DNA of 64,000 nt from an uncultured Planctomycetota bacterium (GCA_963752285.1 CAVVXN010000005.1:2175284-2239283), one strand, 5' to 3'; numbered from the stretch's first letter, positions 39,245 through 50,596 are shown. Program-made: numbers and translations. The notes: a model not told the origin generated them from the sequence alone.

Positions 39245-41222
39245 CTAGTCGTTCCCGTGGTGACCGTGGTGACCGTGGTGACCGTGGTGACCGTGGTGGC
39301 CGTGGCCATCGCAGTCGCAGTCGCACAGCGTCCGGAGGTAGCCGACGGAAGCGCTGTGCTTGTCGTTGTAGTAGAGCCTCTCGAGCGGATCGAGCGTGGA
39401 CTCCACGACGTCGTGCAGCGGGCTCTCCCAGTCACCGGGATGCTGGAAGTTGCTCAGGACGTAGACGAAGCCGTTCAGGTCGTCGATCGGCTGGAGGCCC
39501 GTGGATTCCGCGCCCGCCGGGCAGGAGAGGATCCGGCTCAGCTTCTTCGTGTCCACGTTGTAGGCCCAGAGGAAGTTGTTGACGTGGTTGCCGCTGTCCT
39601 CGCCGACGAACAGCGTGCGCATCCCTTCGCTGAACTTGACGTTGTCGGGGTTCGCGATCTTGTCCGCGTTCGCGCTGTTGCCGAGGGCGTCGCGTACGGC
39701 GAGATCCTCGCCGATCAGCGCGTCGGGCGCCCACATCGACGTCGGGACCCACTGGCTGTGGATGGAGTGCCCGTCGGAGTCGGGCTGGTGCCCCTCGAGC
39801 TGGATCTCATAGACCGCGCCGGCGACCGGCCCCCCGACGTGGATGTCGGTGGTGCCGTCCGTCATCGACTTGTAGATGTACGACATCGCGACGTACGCAC
39901 GCTTGTCGGCGCCGTTCACCGTCATGCCTTCCATCTTCGAGAACCCCAGGGAGGCGCCGACGAGCGCCGCGTACCGGTGCGTCTCGAGGAACGCGGCCGC
40001 CTTCTCCATGCCCGGCTTCAACCGGACCCAGTTGTTCGCGCCGCTGTAGCGGATCTTCGTGTAGCTCGAGTCGCTCGGATCGACCTTCGAGACGTCCATG
40101 ATGTCGGCGGCCGTGATCCCGCCGTCCACGAGAGCCTGGATCTCGTCGCTCGTCGTGTGGCCGAGCCAGATCCAGGAGAGGTCGGCGGAGCCGGGGCCGA
40201 CGCCGGAGGTCTGCGTCCACTTGGCCGCGTAGAGCGTGCCCGCGGACAGGTCGCGCTTGTGGTCCGCCACGAACAGGAACAGCCCGCCGTTCGTGGCGTC
40301 GTCGCCCATAAGGACGGTCCGCTCGTCGGGCAGCACCTGGACCACCTCGTGCGAGATGCGGCCGAGACAGTAGTGCTTCACGATGCTGGCCGTGCCGTCG
40401 GCGTGGACGGTCACCTCGGGGATGTGCCCGTAGTCGTAGGGGTTGGCGGCGCTGGGGTCGCCGAACAGGTTCGTGCTGAAGGCCTCGAGCTGCGCGTTGC
40501 TGGCGAGGGTCGCGTCCGGCTCGTACTCCTCGCTGGACAGGTGCGTGCCCCAGGGCGACGTGCTCGCGGCGCAGGTGATCCAGAGGCCCCGCGCGTCGGA
40601 CGTGTCCACGTTGTGGTAGCTGACGAGGCTGAGCTCGCCCGTGCACGAGTCCTGGTCGAGGGTCAGCACCGCGATCGGCGACGGGAGCTTCCCGTACATC
40701 GAGTCGCCGTCGTCGTTGTAGGAGACGTACTCGAACTGCACGACGGCGAAGATGCGCTTGCACCCGTTGCGGTGGGAGTGCGCGCCATCGAGCTGGATCA
40801 GGGACATCCCGTCGGGGCAGTCGGAGAAGAACTGGTGCGAGTCGGCGGACGTCGGATCGACGATCGGCACGCCGTCGATGTCGTAGCAGCCCCCGGCCAC
40901 GATGGTGCCGCCGCCGGTCTTCGGCACCACGTCGCCGGTCAGGAAGAGGCTTTCGTACGCGAGGTCGCACGTCTCGGCGTCGTGCGGTCCCCGGATCGTC
41001 GTCAGCGAGGACGCGACGTAGGTCGACGCCATCTGCGTCGGGTCGGAGAGCGACGGCGCGTCCATCGAGTCGAACACGTAATGGGCATGTGCGCCGCCGG
41101 GCGTCGCCTGCGCGACGTCGGGCGCGCTGCCGAGCCAGGCGGCGACGAGAAGCAGGGAAACGACGGTCAGCAGGGTGCTGCCGAGCGAATGTCGGCGGAA
41201 CGGACCAACGGGGTGCGGCATG
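39245..41222 (-). CDS. PhoX-like (DUF839) secreted phosphatase with C-terminal (HHG)n His-rich tail
   Basis: Signal MPHPVGPFRRHSLGSTLLTVVSLLLVAAWLGSA. CAASTSPWGTHLSSEEYEP resembles the PhoX motif. The tail GHGHHGHHGHHGHHGHHG is encoded by a 9-bp tandem repeat at 39249..39300. Confidence 0.6.
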
Positions 41223-42268
41223 AACGATCTCCAGGATTCGCGGGAGCGATCCGTGCCCCCGGGCGAACGAGGTGACGTAGGTAGGGCGCGGTGGTGGCGC
41301 CGTGGTGAATGCGAGGTGAGAGTTCGGTGAATGCGTCCCTCGCGTCGGCGACGGCGCGTCGGAGGGTCCGCCACGGTGACTCCTGCGGACGCGCGGCGGG
41401 GTCCGCCGAGTCGCCGACGCGACGCACGCGGCATCGGGCATCGCGCGCGCAACGCGGACCGCGCGCCGAGACCGCGCGCCGCACGCGCACGACATCGCGC
41501 GCGCGTGCGCTCGGGGCGACGCGTACCCGCCGACGTCGGCTCGGGCCACGGAACGGCGCGCCGTTGCGGAACCACGAGGCCGCGTTCCGAAGACGGGGCA
41601 GGGTGCCGGCGCGTCCCTCGCCGAGACGGGCCGGCCCCCTGGACTCGTCCGAGCCGAGGTCCTCCTCCAGGGAGCCCATCCGAACCGACCGTCGTAAAGA
41701 AGCGAAGCGGAGGCGGTGAATTGCCCCGGGCGATGACCTTCGACCCGCGCCGGTCACGAGGGTCGCGGGAGGCCGACCGAGGTCAGCGAACCGCGCACCG
41801 CCGGAGCAGACGCACCCCCGCCGCGAACCCGACGCGCCGCGAGGCCGCGCCGACCGGACCACGGCACGGGACGGAGGCCGGAACCCGTCCCGCACGAACC
41901 GCAGGCGGCTCGATACGATGCGCGAGGACTCGGTCGGGAGGTCGCGGATGCGTCACTGGTGGAAGGCCCTGGCCCTCGCTCTTCTCCTCGGCTCGGCGGC
42001 GCTCACCTCCGCCTGCGCGAGCTGCGGTCCCACCGGCTGACGCCCGGTCGCGCCGCCGGGTGCGGCGCCTCCCCTCATCCGCTAGGGTCGGCCGTCAGTC
42101 CGACCGCGGGCGGCGCCCGTGCGCCGCGTCGGCCTCCTTCGCGATGCGCTCGAGCCTCGCGAGGTGCTGGAGGAACGCGCGGCGTCCCGCGGCGGTGAGC
42201 CGGTACGTGGTCCGGGGCTTCCGGTGGACGAACCGCTTGTCGACGGCGACGTCCCGGGCCCGGGCCCC

Positions 42269-43162
42269 TCAAACGCTGCGGGCGAGGAGGGTCAGGCGCT
42301 CCACGCAGCCGCGGGCGATCGCCGCGGCGTCGAGCCACGGGGGCGGATCCTGGAGGTCGCAGAGCTCGCAGATCGTCGAGCAGAGATCGACGCGCGCGAG
42401 GTCCATCGACCGACCGGTCGTCCTCTCGTAGCGCCTCGCCGCGCGGCGGACCAGGTCGTTCGAGACCATGTGGAGCGGCGCGAGCTCGCCGTGCACGTCG
42501 CCGATCGCGGCGTCGCCGAAGTCGAAGAGCCCGACGAGCCGCCGCGCCTCCCGGTCGAAGGCCATGTTCCAGCCGTGCGCGTCGAAGTAGCCGAAGACCG
42601 GGTCCCCCGCCGGCACGGCGAGCGAGGGGGAGCGCTCGATCGCCTCGCGGGCGAAGGGGACGAGATCCCGGGGCAGCCGCGGCAGCACGTCCCGCAGACG
42701 ATCGGGGCCGGGGAGCGGGGGAAGGGGCCCGGCGCCGAGCGCCCGCGCCTCGGCGAGGGGGATCTCGTGGAGCGTCGCGAAGAGGGCGACCACCCCCTCG
42801 GCGACCCCGTCGCGCTCCGCGGGCGCGAGTCGCTCGTAGTCCGGGGCGAGGAGGTGGTCGCCCGGGATCTTCCGGTGGAACGAGAAGGGCCACGGGCCGT
42901 CCCGGAGCCGGGGGCGGGGCGTCTCGACCGGCAGGGCCGGGACCCGCGCGCAGATCCGCACCTCGCGTCCGAGCGTCCGGAGCGCCCGGGCGTCTCGCGG
43001 GAAGCGGACGATCCACCGGCCGTCGTCCACGGCGACCGAGTCCCAGCCCGTGTCGTTCGCGCGAGCCCGCCCCGCGTCGAACCCGGGAAGGCGCGGCGTG
43101 ACCACCCGCGCGAGGAACGCGGGCGTCACGTCGCTCGGTCGGCGGACGAAGCTCGGTGCCAT
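42269..43162 (-). CDS. aminoglycoside/choline-kinase family phosphotransferase (APH-like)
   Basis: FGYFDAHGWNMAFD and LFDFGDAAIGDVHGELAPL. Confidence 0.65.
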   Translation of the reverse strand: MAPSFVRRPSDVTPAFLARVVTPRLPGFDAGRARANDTGWDSVAVDDGRWIVRFPRDARALRTLGREVRICARVPALPVETPRPRLRDGPWPFSFHRKIPGDHLLAPDYERLAPAERDGVAEGVVALFATLHEIPLAEARALGAGPLPPLPGPDRLRDVLPRLPRDLVPFAREAIERSPSLAVPAGDPVFGYFDAHGWNMAFDREARRLVGLFDFGDAAIGDVHGELAPLHMVSNDLVRRAARRYERTTGRSMDLARVDLCSTICELCDLQDPPPWLDAAAIARGCVERLTLLARSV

Positions 43163-43219
43163 GGGGCGGGCGGTCTCCCTCTCCCGTGCGGGGGGCGCAA
43201 GACGAGCGTATCCTCCCGG

Positions 43220-43688
43220 CGTGAGCGACCCGCCGTGCTGGCTGCTCTCGAAGCGCCTCCGCGACCTCGCCCGGGAGGTGGCCGCGGCTCCCGACCCGGC
43301 GTCGGCCGAGGCGGTCTGGCGCCAGATGGACCTCGCGATCGCCGAGGCGGGCGCCGAGGACGACGAGGACCTGGTGCTGCCGGTCCTCGTGCGGAGCCTC
43401 CCGGACCTCGAGGCGCGCTTCGCGGCCTGGGACCGAGGCGACGCGCCCCTCCCCGCGCCCGACAAGGCGCTCCTGAAGCGCGCGATGAACGCCTTCCGCC
43501 GGCGACTCAAGCTGACTCGACTCGACGACGAGGTCACGGCGTCGAGGAACCCGCTCAGCCGGGGCGGGACGTCGTCGATCTGCGGCGTACGCCCGCCGGA
43601 GCAGTACCCCCCGGAGGTGTGGGAGATCCTCGTCCGCCAGGGACGGCTCCGCGACGGCGGGCACGGGCTCCTCGAGCCCGCCGAGTAG
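43220..43688 (+). CDS. hypothetical protein
   Basis: Divergent from the APH gene. Possible GTG start. Acidic. Confidence 0.3.
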
Positions 43689-43785
43689 CGATCCGCGCCG
43701 TGTGCTCCTCGCGCGCCGCGATCGTGGGACCCTCTCGCACCGACCTGTCGTGTCACGGCGGCGGTCGAGACGCGCCCGACCCCGA

Positions 43786-44428
43786 GGTGTTCACGTACAC
43801 GCCGCGCATCTTGCGGTTCTACGACGTCGCGGTCCACGGGTTGATGTTCCCGATGGTGTGGCGCTGTCCCGGGCGCCGGCTGCTCCGCCCGTACCGGGAG
43901 CTCCTCGCGGCCCGCCACCTCGAGATCGGCGTGGGCACCGGCTACCTGCTCCGCCACGGTCGGTGGCCGACGAGGACGCCCCAGGTGGTGCTCCTCGACC
44001 GCAGCGCCTTCCCCCTCGAGGCCACGCGGCGCCGCATCGCGAACCTCCGGCCGACGACGGTCCTCGCCGACGCGATCGAGCCCTTCCCCGACCTCGGGGC
44101 GCCCTTCGGCTCCGTCGGGATGAGCCTCCTCCTCCACTGCCTCCCGGGGCCCCTCGCGAACAAGGCGCGGGTCTTCGACCACGTGCGCCCCTGGATGGCG
44201 CCCGGCGCGGTGGTCTTCGGAGCCACGGTGCTCGGTAAGACCCGACGGACGACGAGGCGACGGCGCCTCGCCCTCGCCTACATGAACCGGAGGGGGATCT
44301 TCTCGAACCGAGAGGACGACCTCGACGGCCTCCGGCAGGAGCTCGACCGACGCTTCCCGAGCGTCCGGGTCGAACGGATCGGGCAGGTCGCCTGCTTCGA
44401 GGCGCGAAGTTGGTCCGATACCGCATAG
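43786..44428 (+). CDS. class I SAM-dependent methyltransferase
   Basis: LEIGVGTGYLL is motif I. The start is uncertain; GTG is possible. Confidence 0.55.
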
Positions 44429-44438
44429 GCTCTCGGAC

Positions 44439-45428
44439 GTGCCGTCTCGCTCCCGCGCCCCGTCCACCCCCCTGCTCGTCCTCTGGACGCTCGTCCTGTT
44501 CGGGGTGTGGAGCCACTCCTTCATCGCGATCGGCTACCTCCTCGGCAGCGAGAAGGTCCCGGCTCGCTTCGACTGGCTCTCCCTCACCGTGGCGAGGTTC
44601 GTCCCCGTGCTCTTCGCGCTCCTGCCGGTCGTGCTGGGTCCCTGGCGGCGGGAGACGGTGCGCGTCGTCCGTCGGCGGTGGCGGCGACTCCTGGTGTGCG
44701 GGCTGCTCGCCGTGCCGGGCTACGCCTTCGCGCTCTACTTCGGACAACAGCACGGCGTGCCGCCCCCCATCGCCTCGCTCGAGACGGCGCTCGCTCCCCT
44801 GTTCCTGATGATGCTCGGCGCGGGGTTCCTCGGCGAACGGCTGTCGACGAAGAAGCTCCTCGGGTTCGCCGTCGCGCTCGCGGGTCTCGCGTTGATCGCG
44901 ACCGCGAAGGAGGGGGGCGAGAAGGCGACGTACGCGGTGGTCGTCGGCATCACGGCCCTCGCGCCGCTCCAGTGGGCCGTCCACTCCGTGCTCACGAAGG
45001 CCGTGAGCCACGAGTGCGCCCCGGCGCTCTGGGCCTACCTCGTCCTCGTCTTCGGCTCCTTCCCTCTGCTCTTCGTGCTCCCGTTCCACGGCGCGCGGGA
45101 GATGGCGCACCTCGACGCGAGCGGCTGGGCCGCGCTCCTCTTCCTCTCGCTCTTCTGCACCGTGTTCGGGAACGCCGCCTGGACCTGGCTCGTCAAGCAC
45201 CTCCCGGCCTCGACCGTCGGCTTCACGATCTTCCTGAACCCGCCGCTCACGACCACGAGCAAGGCCGTGCTCGCCGCGGCGCTGCCCGCGACGTTCGCCT
45301 TCCAGATCGTCCCGCTCGAGTGGGTGGGCAGCGCGATCGTGCTGGTGGGCATGGCCGTGGCGCTCGTGCGCCGCCGCGGCCGCTCGACGGCCCCGTTCCC
45401 CGATCCCGCGGTCCCGGTGGGCGAGTAG
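44439..45428 (+). CDS. DMT (EamA) family transporter
   Basis: 10 predicted TM helices in a duplicated EamA pattern. Confidence 0.7.
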   Translation: MPSRSRAPSTPLLVLWTLVLFGVWSHSFIAIGYLLGSEKVPARFDWLSLTVARFVPVLFALLPVVLGPWRRETVRVVRRRWRRLLVCGLLAVPGYAFALYFGQQHGVPPPIASLETALAPLFLMMLGAGFLGERLSTKKLLGFAVALAGLALIATAKEGGEKATYAVVVGITALAPLQWAVHSVLTKAVSHECAPALWAYLVLVFGSFPLLFVLPFHGAREMAHLDASGWAALLFLSLFCTVFGNAAWTWLVKHLPASTVGFTIFLNPPLTTTSKAVLAAALPATFAFQIVPLEWVGSAIVLVGMAVALVRRRGRSTAPFPDPAVPVGE

Positions 45429-45435
45429 GCCGGCT

Positions 45436-46160
45436 ACGCGTGGCGGTTCTTGACCCGGAGCTCCTGGAGCCGGCCGGCCGGGTCCACGGCCTTCACCGCC
45501 GCCGCGACCCGGTTCTCCGGGTGGAGGGCCTCCCAGTACGCGTCGAGCACCCCGATCGGCCGGCCCTCGAGGGGCAGCAGGAGCGGGTCGCCCGCGAACG
45601 AGGGGAGCGGCGTGCCGTCCCCCCGGTACGTCGTGAGCCCGTAGCCGAAGCCGGGCGACGGCGTGGCGGGCCGGTAGACGTACCGGTCCGTCCGGCCCGA
45701 GTCGATCGGGTTCGCCTTGAGGATCCCGAGCTCGATCCGTCCCTCGCCCCGGCGGAAGTCGAGGAGCCCGGCGATCCGCGGCGTGTAGTTGGGCGCATCG
45801 GGCTCTCGCTCGCGGGTGCCGAGCGCGGCCGCGAAGCTCCCCCCGCGCCGATCGAGTCCACGATCGTCTTCGTCTGGTCGCCGTTCGAGACCACCTGCAC
45901 CCTCTCGAGGGCGAGCATCGCGTCGTAGAGGATCAGGCTCGGGTCCTTAACGAGGCTCGGGTCCACGGCCTCGGTGTAGAGCCGGTCGCCCTCGGTCCGC
46001 AGGCGCCGGTTCCGCGAGCTCTCGCTCCGTCCCATCAGGAAGTAGACGAGGAGCCAGCCCGGCGCGTCGGAGCGCCGCCCGACGACGAGCCCGCGCCCGG
46101 GGTAGGGGTTCTCGACCAGGTGGCGATCGAACGCCTCCCGTGCGACGGACCTCGCGTCCA
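45436..46160 (-). pseudogene. purO: IMP cyclohydrolase PurO-type, frameshifted in a C-run
   Basis: MDARSVAREAFDRHLVENPYPGRGLVVGRRSDAPGWLLVYFLMGRSESSRNRRL...VVSNGDQTKTIVDSI. A -1/+1 shift at the cccccc run (45837..45843) then leads to SFAAALGTREREPDAPNYTPRIAGLLDF... Confidence 0.55.
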
Positions 46161-46341
46161 TGGCGCGCTCCTCGTGCCGGTCTCCCGGCGCCGTGCCTCC
46201 CGCCGAGAGTCTACCGGCGTTGTCCCGCGGCACGCCGGGGGATCGGAACGTCCCGAGCCGGCGTGGGCGGCCCCCGCCCGGGGTAGGGGGTCCGCCCGCC
46301 GTCCTGCAAGATGTCGGCTTCGCCTCGACGGAGGTCCCACC

Positions 46342-47274
46342 GTGTCGATCTTCGACCGCCTGGTCGCCGCCACGATCCCGATCACGCCCAAGTTCGTCGT
46401 GGGGCGCGTCGCGCGCCGCTACATCGCCGGCGAGACGATCGAGGACGCGATCGAGACGATCCGCGGGCTCAACGCCTCGGGTGCGCTCGCGACCGTGGAC
46501 GTCCTCGGCGAGTTCATCCACGAGTTTTGCGAGGCCGAGGCGACGGCGCGCGGCTACGAGGCGGCGCTCGACGCCATCCACCGCGAGAAGCTCGAGAGCA
46601 ACGTGTCCGTGAAGCTCACGGCGCTCGGTCTCCTGCTCGACGAGGAGCGGTGCACCGACCTCGTCCGAGGCATCGCGAGCCGAGCCGCGGACCAGGGAAG
46701 CTTCGTGCGCGTGGACATGGAGGACTCGCCCGTCACCGAACGAACCCTCCGCCTCGTCCGCCGCCTCTTCTCGGAGGGCCTTCCCGTCGGCGCCGTGCTG
46801 CAGGCATACCTGCACCGCACCGTGGACGACGCGCGCGCGCTGGGGCAAGAGGGCATCTCCGTCCGGCTCTGCAAGGGCATCTACCGGGAACCACCCGAGA
46901 TCGCCTTCCAGGACCGGGAGGCGATCCGCGACTCCTACCGCCGCGCGCTGGCTGCGCTCCTCGAGGGGCGGGGGGGCGTCGGGATCGCGACGCACGACGA
47001 GGTGCTGGTCGAAGACGCGCGCCGCGCCGTCGGGGCGCGGAGGACGCCGCCCGCGCGCTACGAGTTCCAGATGCTCCTCGGTGTCCGCGAGTGGCTCCGG
47101 GAGGAGCTGATCCACAGCGGCGAGAGCGTCCGGGTCTACGTGCCGTTCGGAACCCACTGGTACGGGTACTCGACCCGGCGGCTCCGGGAGAACCCCAGCG
47201 TCGCGGGACACGTCATGAAGGCGCTCCTCGGCCTGGACCGCGCGAAGGGAAGGCGCTCCCCCCACGCCCCGTAG
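46342..47274 (+). CDS. proline dehydrogenase family protein
   Basis: GTG start after SD ggagg. ...VRVDMEDS...LQAYLHRT...VRLCKGIY matches the PRODH TIM-barrel. Confidence 0.7.
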   Translation: MSIFDRLVAATIPITPKFVVGRVARRYIAGETIEDAIETIRGLNASGALATVDVLGEFIHEFCEAEATARGYEAALDAIHREKLESNVSVKLTALGLLLDEERCTDLVRGIASRAADQGSFVRVDMEDSPVTERTLRLVRRLFSEGLPVGAVLQAYLHRTVDDARALGQEGISVRLCKGIYREPPEIAFQDREAIRDSYRRALAALLEGRGGVGIATHDEVLVEDARRAVGARRTPPARYEFQMLLGVREWLREELIHSGESVRVYVPFGTHWYGYSTRRLRENPSVAGHVMKALLGLDRAKGRRSPHAP

Positions 47275-47318
47275 CCCTGCGGCTTGGTCGGCGGGGGGGG
47301 ACGCGGTACGCTTCCGGC

Positions 47319-47723
47319 ATGGGGGGGAGGCGCTCCGATCCGCTTCGGTGGGCCGCGCTGATCGCGCTGGTCGCGCTCGTGGTCTTGGGCGTGCTGCACT
47401 TCGCGAGGCCGGCGGGCGAGGGCGGGCAGACGCCGGGACCGAGACGGCGGGCGCCCGCGGACGCGTACGTCGGGCCGCGGTCCTTCGACGACGAGGCGGC
47501 GAGCGACGTGCTCGCGACCGTCGCGGCCAGCCTCGGCCGCGCGCTCGCCCCCACCGACGCGGCGAGGGCGGCGCTCCAGGACGTTCGCGTCACCCTGGAG
47601 CTCGAGGAGACGACGGGGGCGGCGCTCCTGGACCGCCTGCTCCATCCGCGCGGCCTCGTGTGGATGGCCGACGACCCCACGACGCTGTGGATCGGAACCA
47701 AGGACGAGCGCCCGGGCCGTTGA
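47319..47723 (+). CDS. membrane-anchored hypothetical protein
   Basis: MGGRRSDPLRWAALIALVALVVLGVLHF has a TM segment. Confidence 0.4.
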   Translation: MGGRRSDPLRWAALIALVALVVLGVLHFARPAGEGGQTPGPRRRAPADAYVGPRSFDDEAASDVLATVAASLGRALAPTDAARAALQDVRVTLELEETTGAALLDRLLHPRGLVWMADDPTTLWIGTKDERPGR

Positions 47724-47897
47724 CCGGGACCGGGCCGCGCCCGTCCCGGCGCGCCAAGGCCACCGTGGACCGCGCGCCGCGCGTTCGAACGCACGCGCCC
47801 GCCGGGCGCCGCGGACGAAGGGCCCGCGGCCCGGCCCCTCGCCGCCCCGGGGGCGCGGCGGGCGTACGCTCGTCGTCCGCACGCGAGAGGGACCGAC

Positions 47898-49262
47898 GTG
47901 ATCACCACCACCAACCCCGCGACCGGCGAGGTCCTCGGCACGTACGACACGCTCGACGACGACGCGCTCGACCGCGCGATCGAGGCCACCGCGGCCGCCT
48001 GGCCCCGGTGGAGCGAGACGTCGTTCGAGGCCCGTGCGGAGGTCCTCTGCCGCGCGGCGAAAGCGCTCCGCGACGACGCCTCCGCGCACGCACGACGCAT
48101 GGCGGACGAGATGGGGAAGCCCGTGCGCGAGGGCCGCGCCGAGGCGGAGAAGTGCGCGTGGGTGCTCGAGGCGTACGCGGAGAACGGCGAGGCGTTCCTG
48201 GCGTCCGAGCAGGTCGAAACCGACGCAACGAGGAGCTTCGTCGCGTTCCGGCCGCTCGGCGTCGTCTTGGCGGTGATGCCGTGGAACTTCCCGTACTGGC
48301 AGGTGTTCCGGTTCGCCGCCCCGGCACTGATGGCGGGGAACGCGGGGCTCCTCAAGCACGCGTCGAACGTCCCGGGCTGCGCGCAGGCCATCGAGGACGT
48401 CTTCCGCGACGCGGGCCTGCCCGAGCACGTGTTCCGGTCGATCCGCATCCCCGGCGAGCGCGTCGGGCGCGCGATCGAACACCCCCGCGTGGCGGCGGTG
48501 ACGCTCACCGGGAGCACGCCCGCGGGACGGTCGGTCGCGGGGGCGGCCGGCCGCGCGCTCAAGAAGACCGTGCTGGAGCTGGGCGGGAGCGACCCGTACG
48601 TGATCCTCGCCGACGCCGACGTCGAGCACGCGGCCGCCGTGGCCGCGAAGAGCCGCTGCATCAACTCGGGACAGTCGTGCATCGCCGCGAAGCGCTTCGT
48701 CGTCGAGGCGCCGCTCGTGGCGCGCTTCGAGAGGCTGCTCGTCGAACGCATGGGCGCCCTCCGCATGGGCGACCCGCGCGACGAGGCGACGGACGTCGGG
48801 CCGCTCGCGCGGGCGGACCTCCGCGACGACCTCCACCGCCAGGTCTCGGAGAGCGTCGAGAGAGGCGCACGGTGCCTGCTGGGCGGCGAGGTCCCCGCGG
48901 GCCCCGGCGCGTACTACCCCCCCACCGTTCTCGCCGGCGTGGGCCCCGGGATGCCGGCGTACGACGAGGAGACGTTCGGCCCGGTGGCCGCGGTGATCCC
49001 CGCCGAGGACGAGGCCGACGCGATCCGCATCGCGAACGACACGGTGTTCGGGCTCGGCGCCGCGGTGTTCACGAGCGACGCCGCGCGCGGCGAACGCATC
49101 GCCACCCACGCGCTCGACGCCGGCTGCTGCTTCGTGAACGACCTCGTGCGATCCGATCCCCGCCTCCCCTTCGGCGGCATCAAGGAGAGCGGCTACGGCC
49201 GCGAGCTCTCCCGCTACGGGATCCGCGAGTTCGTGAACGTGAAGACGGTCTGGATCCGCTGA
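47898..49262 (+). CDS. NAD(P)-dependent aldehyde / succinate-semialdehyde dehydrogenase
   Basis: VLELGGSDP, SGQSCIAAKR (catalytic Cys) and ...GGIKESGYGRE. Confidence 0.85.
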   Translation: MITTTNPATGEVLGTYDTLDDDALDRAIEATAAAWPRWSETSFEARAEVLCRAAKALRDDASAHARRMADEMGKPVREGRAEAEKCAWVLEAYAENGEAFLASEQVETDATRSFVAFRPLGVVLAVMPWNFPYWQVFRFAAPALMAGNAGLLKHASNVPGCAQAIEDVFRDAGLPEHVFRSIRIPGERVGRAIEHPRVAAVTLTGSTPAGRSVAGAAGRALKKTVLELGGSDPYVILADADVEHAAAVAAKSRCINSGQSCIAAKRFVVEAPLVARFERLLVERMGALRMGDPRDEATDVGPLARADLRDDLHRQVSESVERGARCLLGGEVPAGPGAYYPPTVLAGVGPGMPAYDEETFGPVAAVIPAEDEADAIRIANDTVFGLGAAVFTSDAARGERIATHALDAGCCFVNDLVRSDPRLPFGGIKESGYGRELSRYGIREFVNVKTVWIR

Positions 49263-49363
49263 CCCGCGGTCCCGGCGCGCCCTCGCGCACATCCGGCCGG
49301 GGTCCGCCTCGTCGTCTTCCGACCCGCCGCCCCGCATACGCTGGCGGCGACGAACGGAGACGC

Positions 49364-50524
49364 ATGCGCGAAGCGACACGGACGCCGGAGGGGCTCGTCG
49401 TGGTGCCGCTCCCCCACCCGCAGGGCTGCCGCACCTACCTCGTCGGCGACCCCGCGTCGAAGGAAGCGCTCGTCGTGGACCCGCACCTCGACGGCGTCTC
49501 GGATCTCGTGCGCGAGGGCGCGGGTCGCGGCTGGCGTCTCCGGTGGATCGTGGACACGCACACCCACGCCGACCATCCGTCGGGCGCCGCGGCGCTCGCG
49601 AGCGGGAACGCCGCGACGCGCGTGGCGCACGCACGCGCGGGCCACGCGGGGGTCACGCACTTCCCCGACGACGACGAGCCCCTCGCCCTCGGCGACCGCG
49701 CGCTGGTCGTCCGTCACGCGCCGGGGCACACGTCCGACCACCTGGTGCTCGTCGCGCCGGGCGCGTTGTTCTCGGGCGACTCGCTCCTGCTGGGCGCGGT
49801 CGCGCGCGCGGACTTCCTCGGTGGCGACGCCGGCGCGCTCTTCGACAGTCTGGAGCGCGTCGTCGGTCCACTCGCCGACGACACGACGGTGTTCCCGGGC
49901 CACGACTACGCCGGGCGCGTGTCCGGCCGTCTCGGTGAGGAGCGGCGCACGAACCCCTGGCTCGCGCTCCCCGACCGCGACGCGTTCGTGCGCGCCCTCG
50001 AGGCGAACCGTCCGCCCCGACCCGCGAACATGGCGGCCCTCCTCCGCTGGAACCGGGAGGGCCGCGCGCTCCCGGTGTCGGTGGACGCCGCGGAGGTCGT
50101 GGCGATCGTTCGGTCCGGCGGCGCGGGCTCGATCATCGACGTCCGGACGGACCCGGAGGTGGAGGGCGCGCACGTCCCGGGCTCGCGCCACGTCGTGCTG
50201 GACGAGCTCCCCGACCGGGTCCGGGAGATCCTCGAGACGCCCGCCCCCCGGCTCCTCCTCTGTCACGTCGGGCAGCGCGCGGAGCTGGCGCGTCGGTGGC
50301 TCTCCGCCCAGGGCGTGTCCGGGCTCCAGACCGTCGAGGGCGGGATCGCGGCGTACGCCGCCGCGGGGGGTCCCCTCGCCGGCGGGCGGCCCCGGATCTC
50401 GGCCTCGGGCGGTTGCGGCGCCGCCGCGCCCCCGACGGGGGGTGGATGCGCCGCGGCGCCGCCGTCGTTCTCGGACGATGACCACGAAAATCGACTCAAG
50501 CCAAAGGGCCCCGCCGCTCGATAG
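49364..50524 (+). CDS. MBL-fold metallo-hydrolase fused to rhodanese domain (persulfide dioxygenase-like)
   Basis: HTHADH is the MBL motif. The C-terminal rhodanese loop is CHVGQRAE. Confidence 0.75.
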   Translation: MREATRTPEGLVVVPLPHPQGCRTYLVGDPASKEALVVDPHLDGVSDLVREGAGRGWRLRWIVDTHTHADHPSGAAALASGNAATRVAHARAGHAGVTHFPDDDEPLALGDRALVVRHAPGHTSDHLVLVAPGALFSGDSLLLGAVARADFLGGDAGALFDSLERVVGPLADDTTVFPGHDYAGRVSGRLGEERRTNPWLALPDRDAFVRALEANRPPRPANMAALLRWNREGRALPVSVDAAEVVAIVRSGGAGSIIDVRTDPEVEGAHVPGSRHVVLDELPDRVREILETPAPRLLLCHVGQRAELARRWLSAQGVSGLQTVEGGIAAYAAAGGPLAGGRPRISASGGCGAAAPPTGGGCAAAPPSFSDDDHENRLKPKGPAAR

Positions 50525-50596
50525 TGACGGACGCGTGAGACTCGGCCGCTCGGCGGCGGCCGGGGGTGTGGCCCCGGAGGGCCCTGGGAGCCGCCC

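Noticed and set aside
42100-42267. PadR-like C-terminal peptide (…RKPRTTYRLTAAGRRAFLQHL…) in frame after the APH stop
   Set aside because: It has no start codon and sits between two stops. It is probably a remnant or a chance match, so it is not called as a gene.
42075-44524. Overlapping 529-, 769- and 751-aa ORFs
   Set aside because: Only sub-segments are real (APH 42269..43162 minus; methyltransferase about 43786..44428 plus). The rest is low-complexity antisense.
47348-50524. 1058-aa ORF spanning the aldehyde dehydrogenase and MBL-rhodanese genes
   Set aside because: Only its last ~386 aa (49364..50524) form a real protein. The remainder is an out-of-frame read-through of GC-rich DNA.
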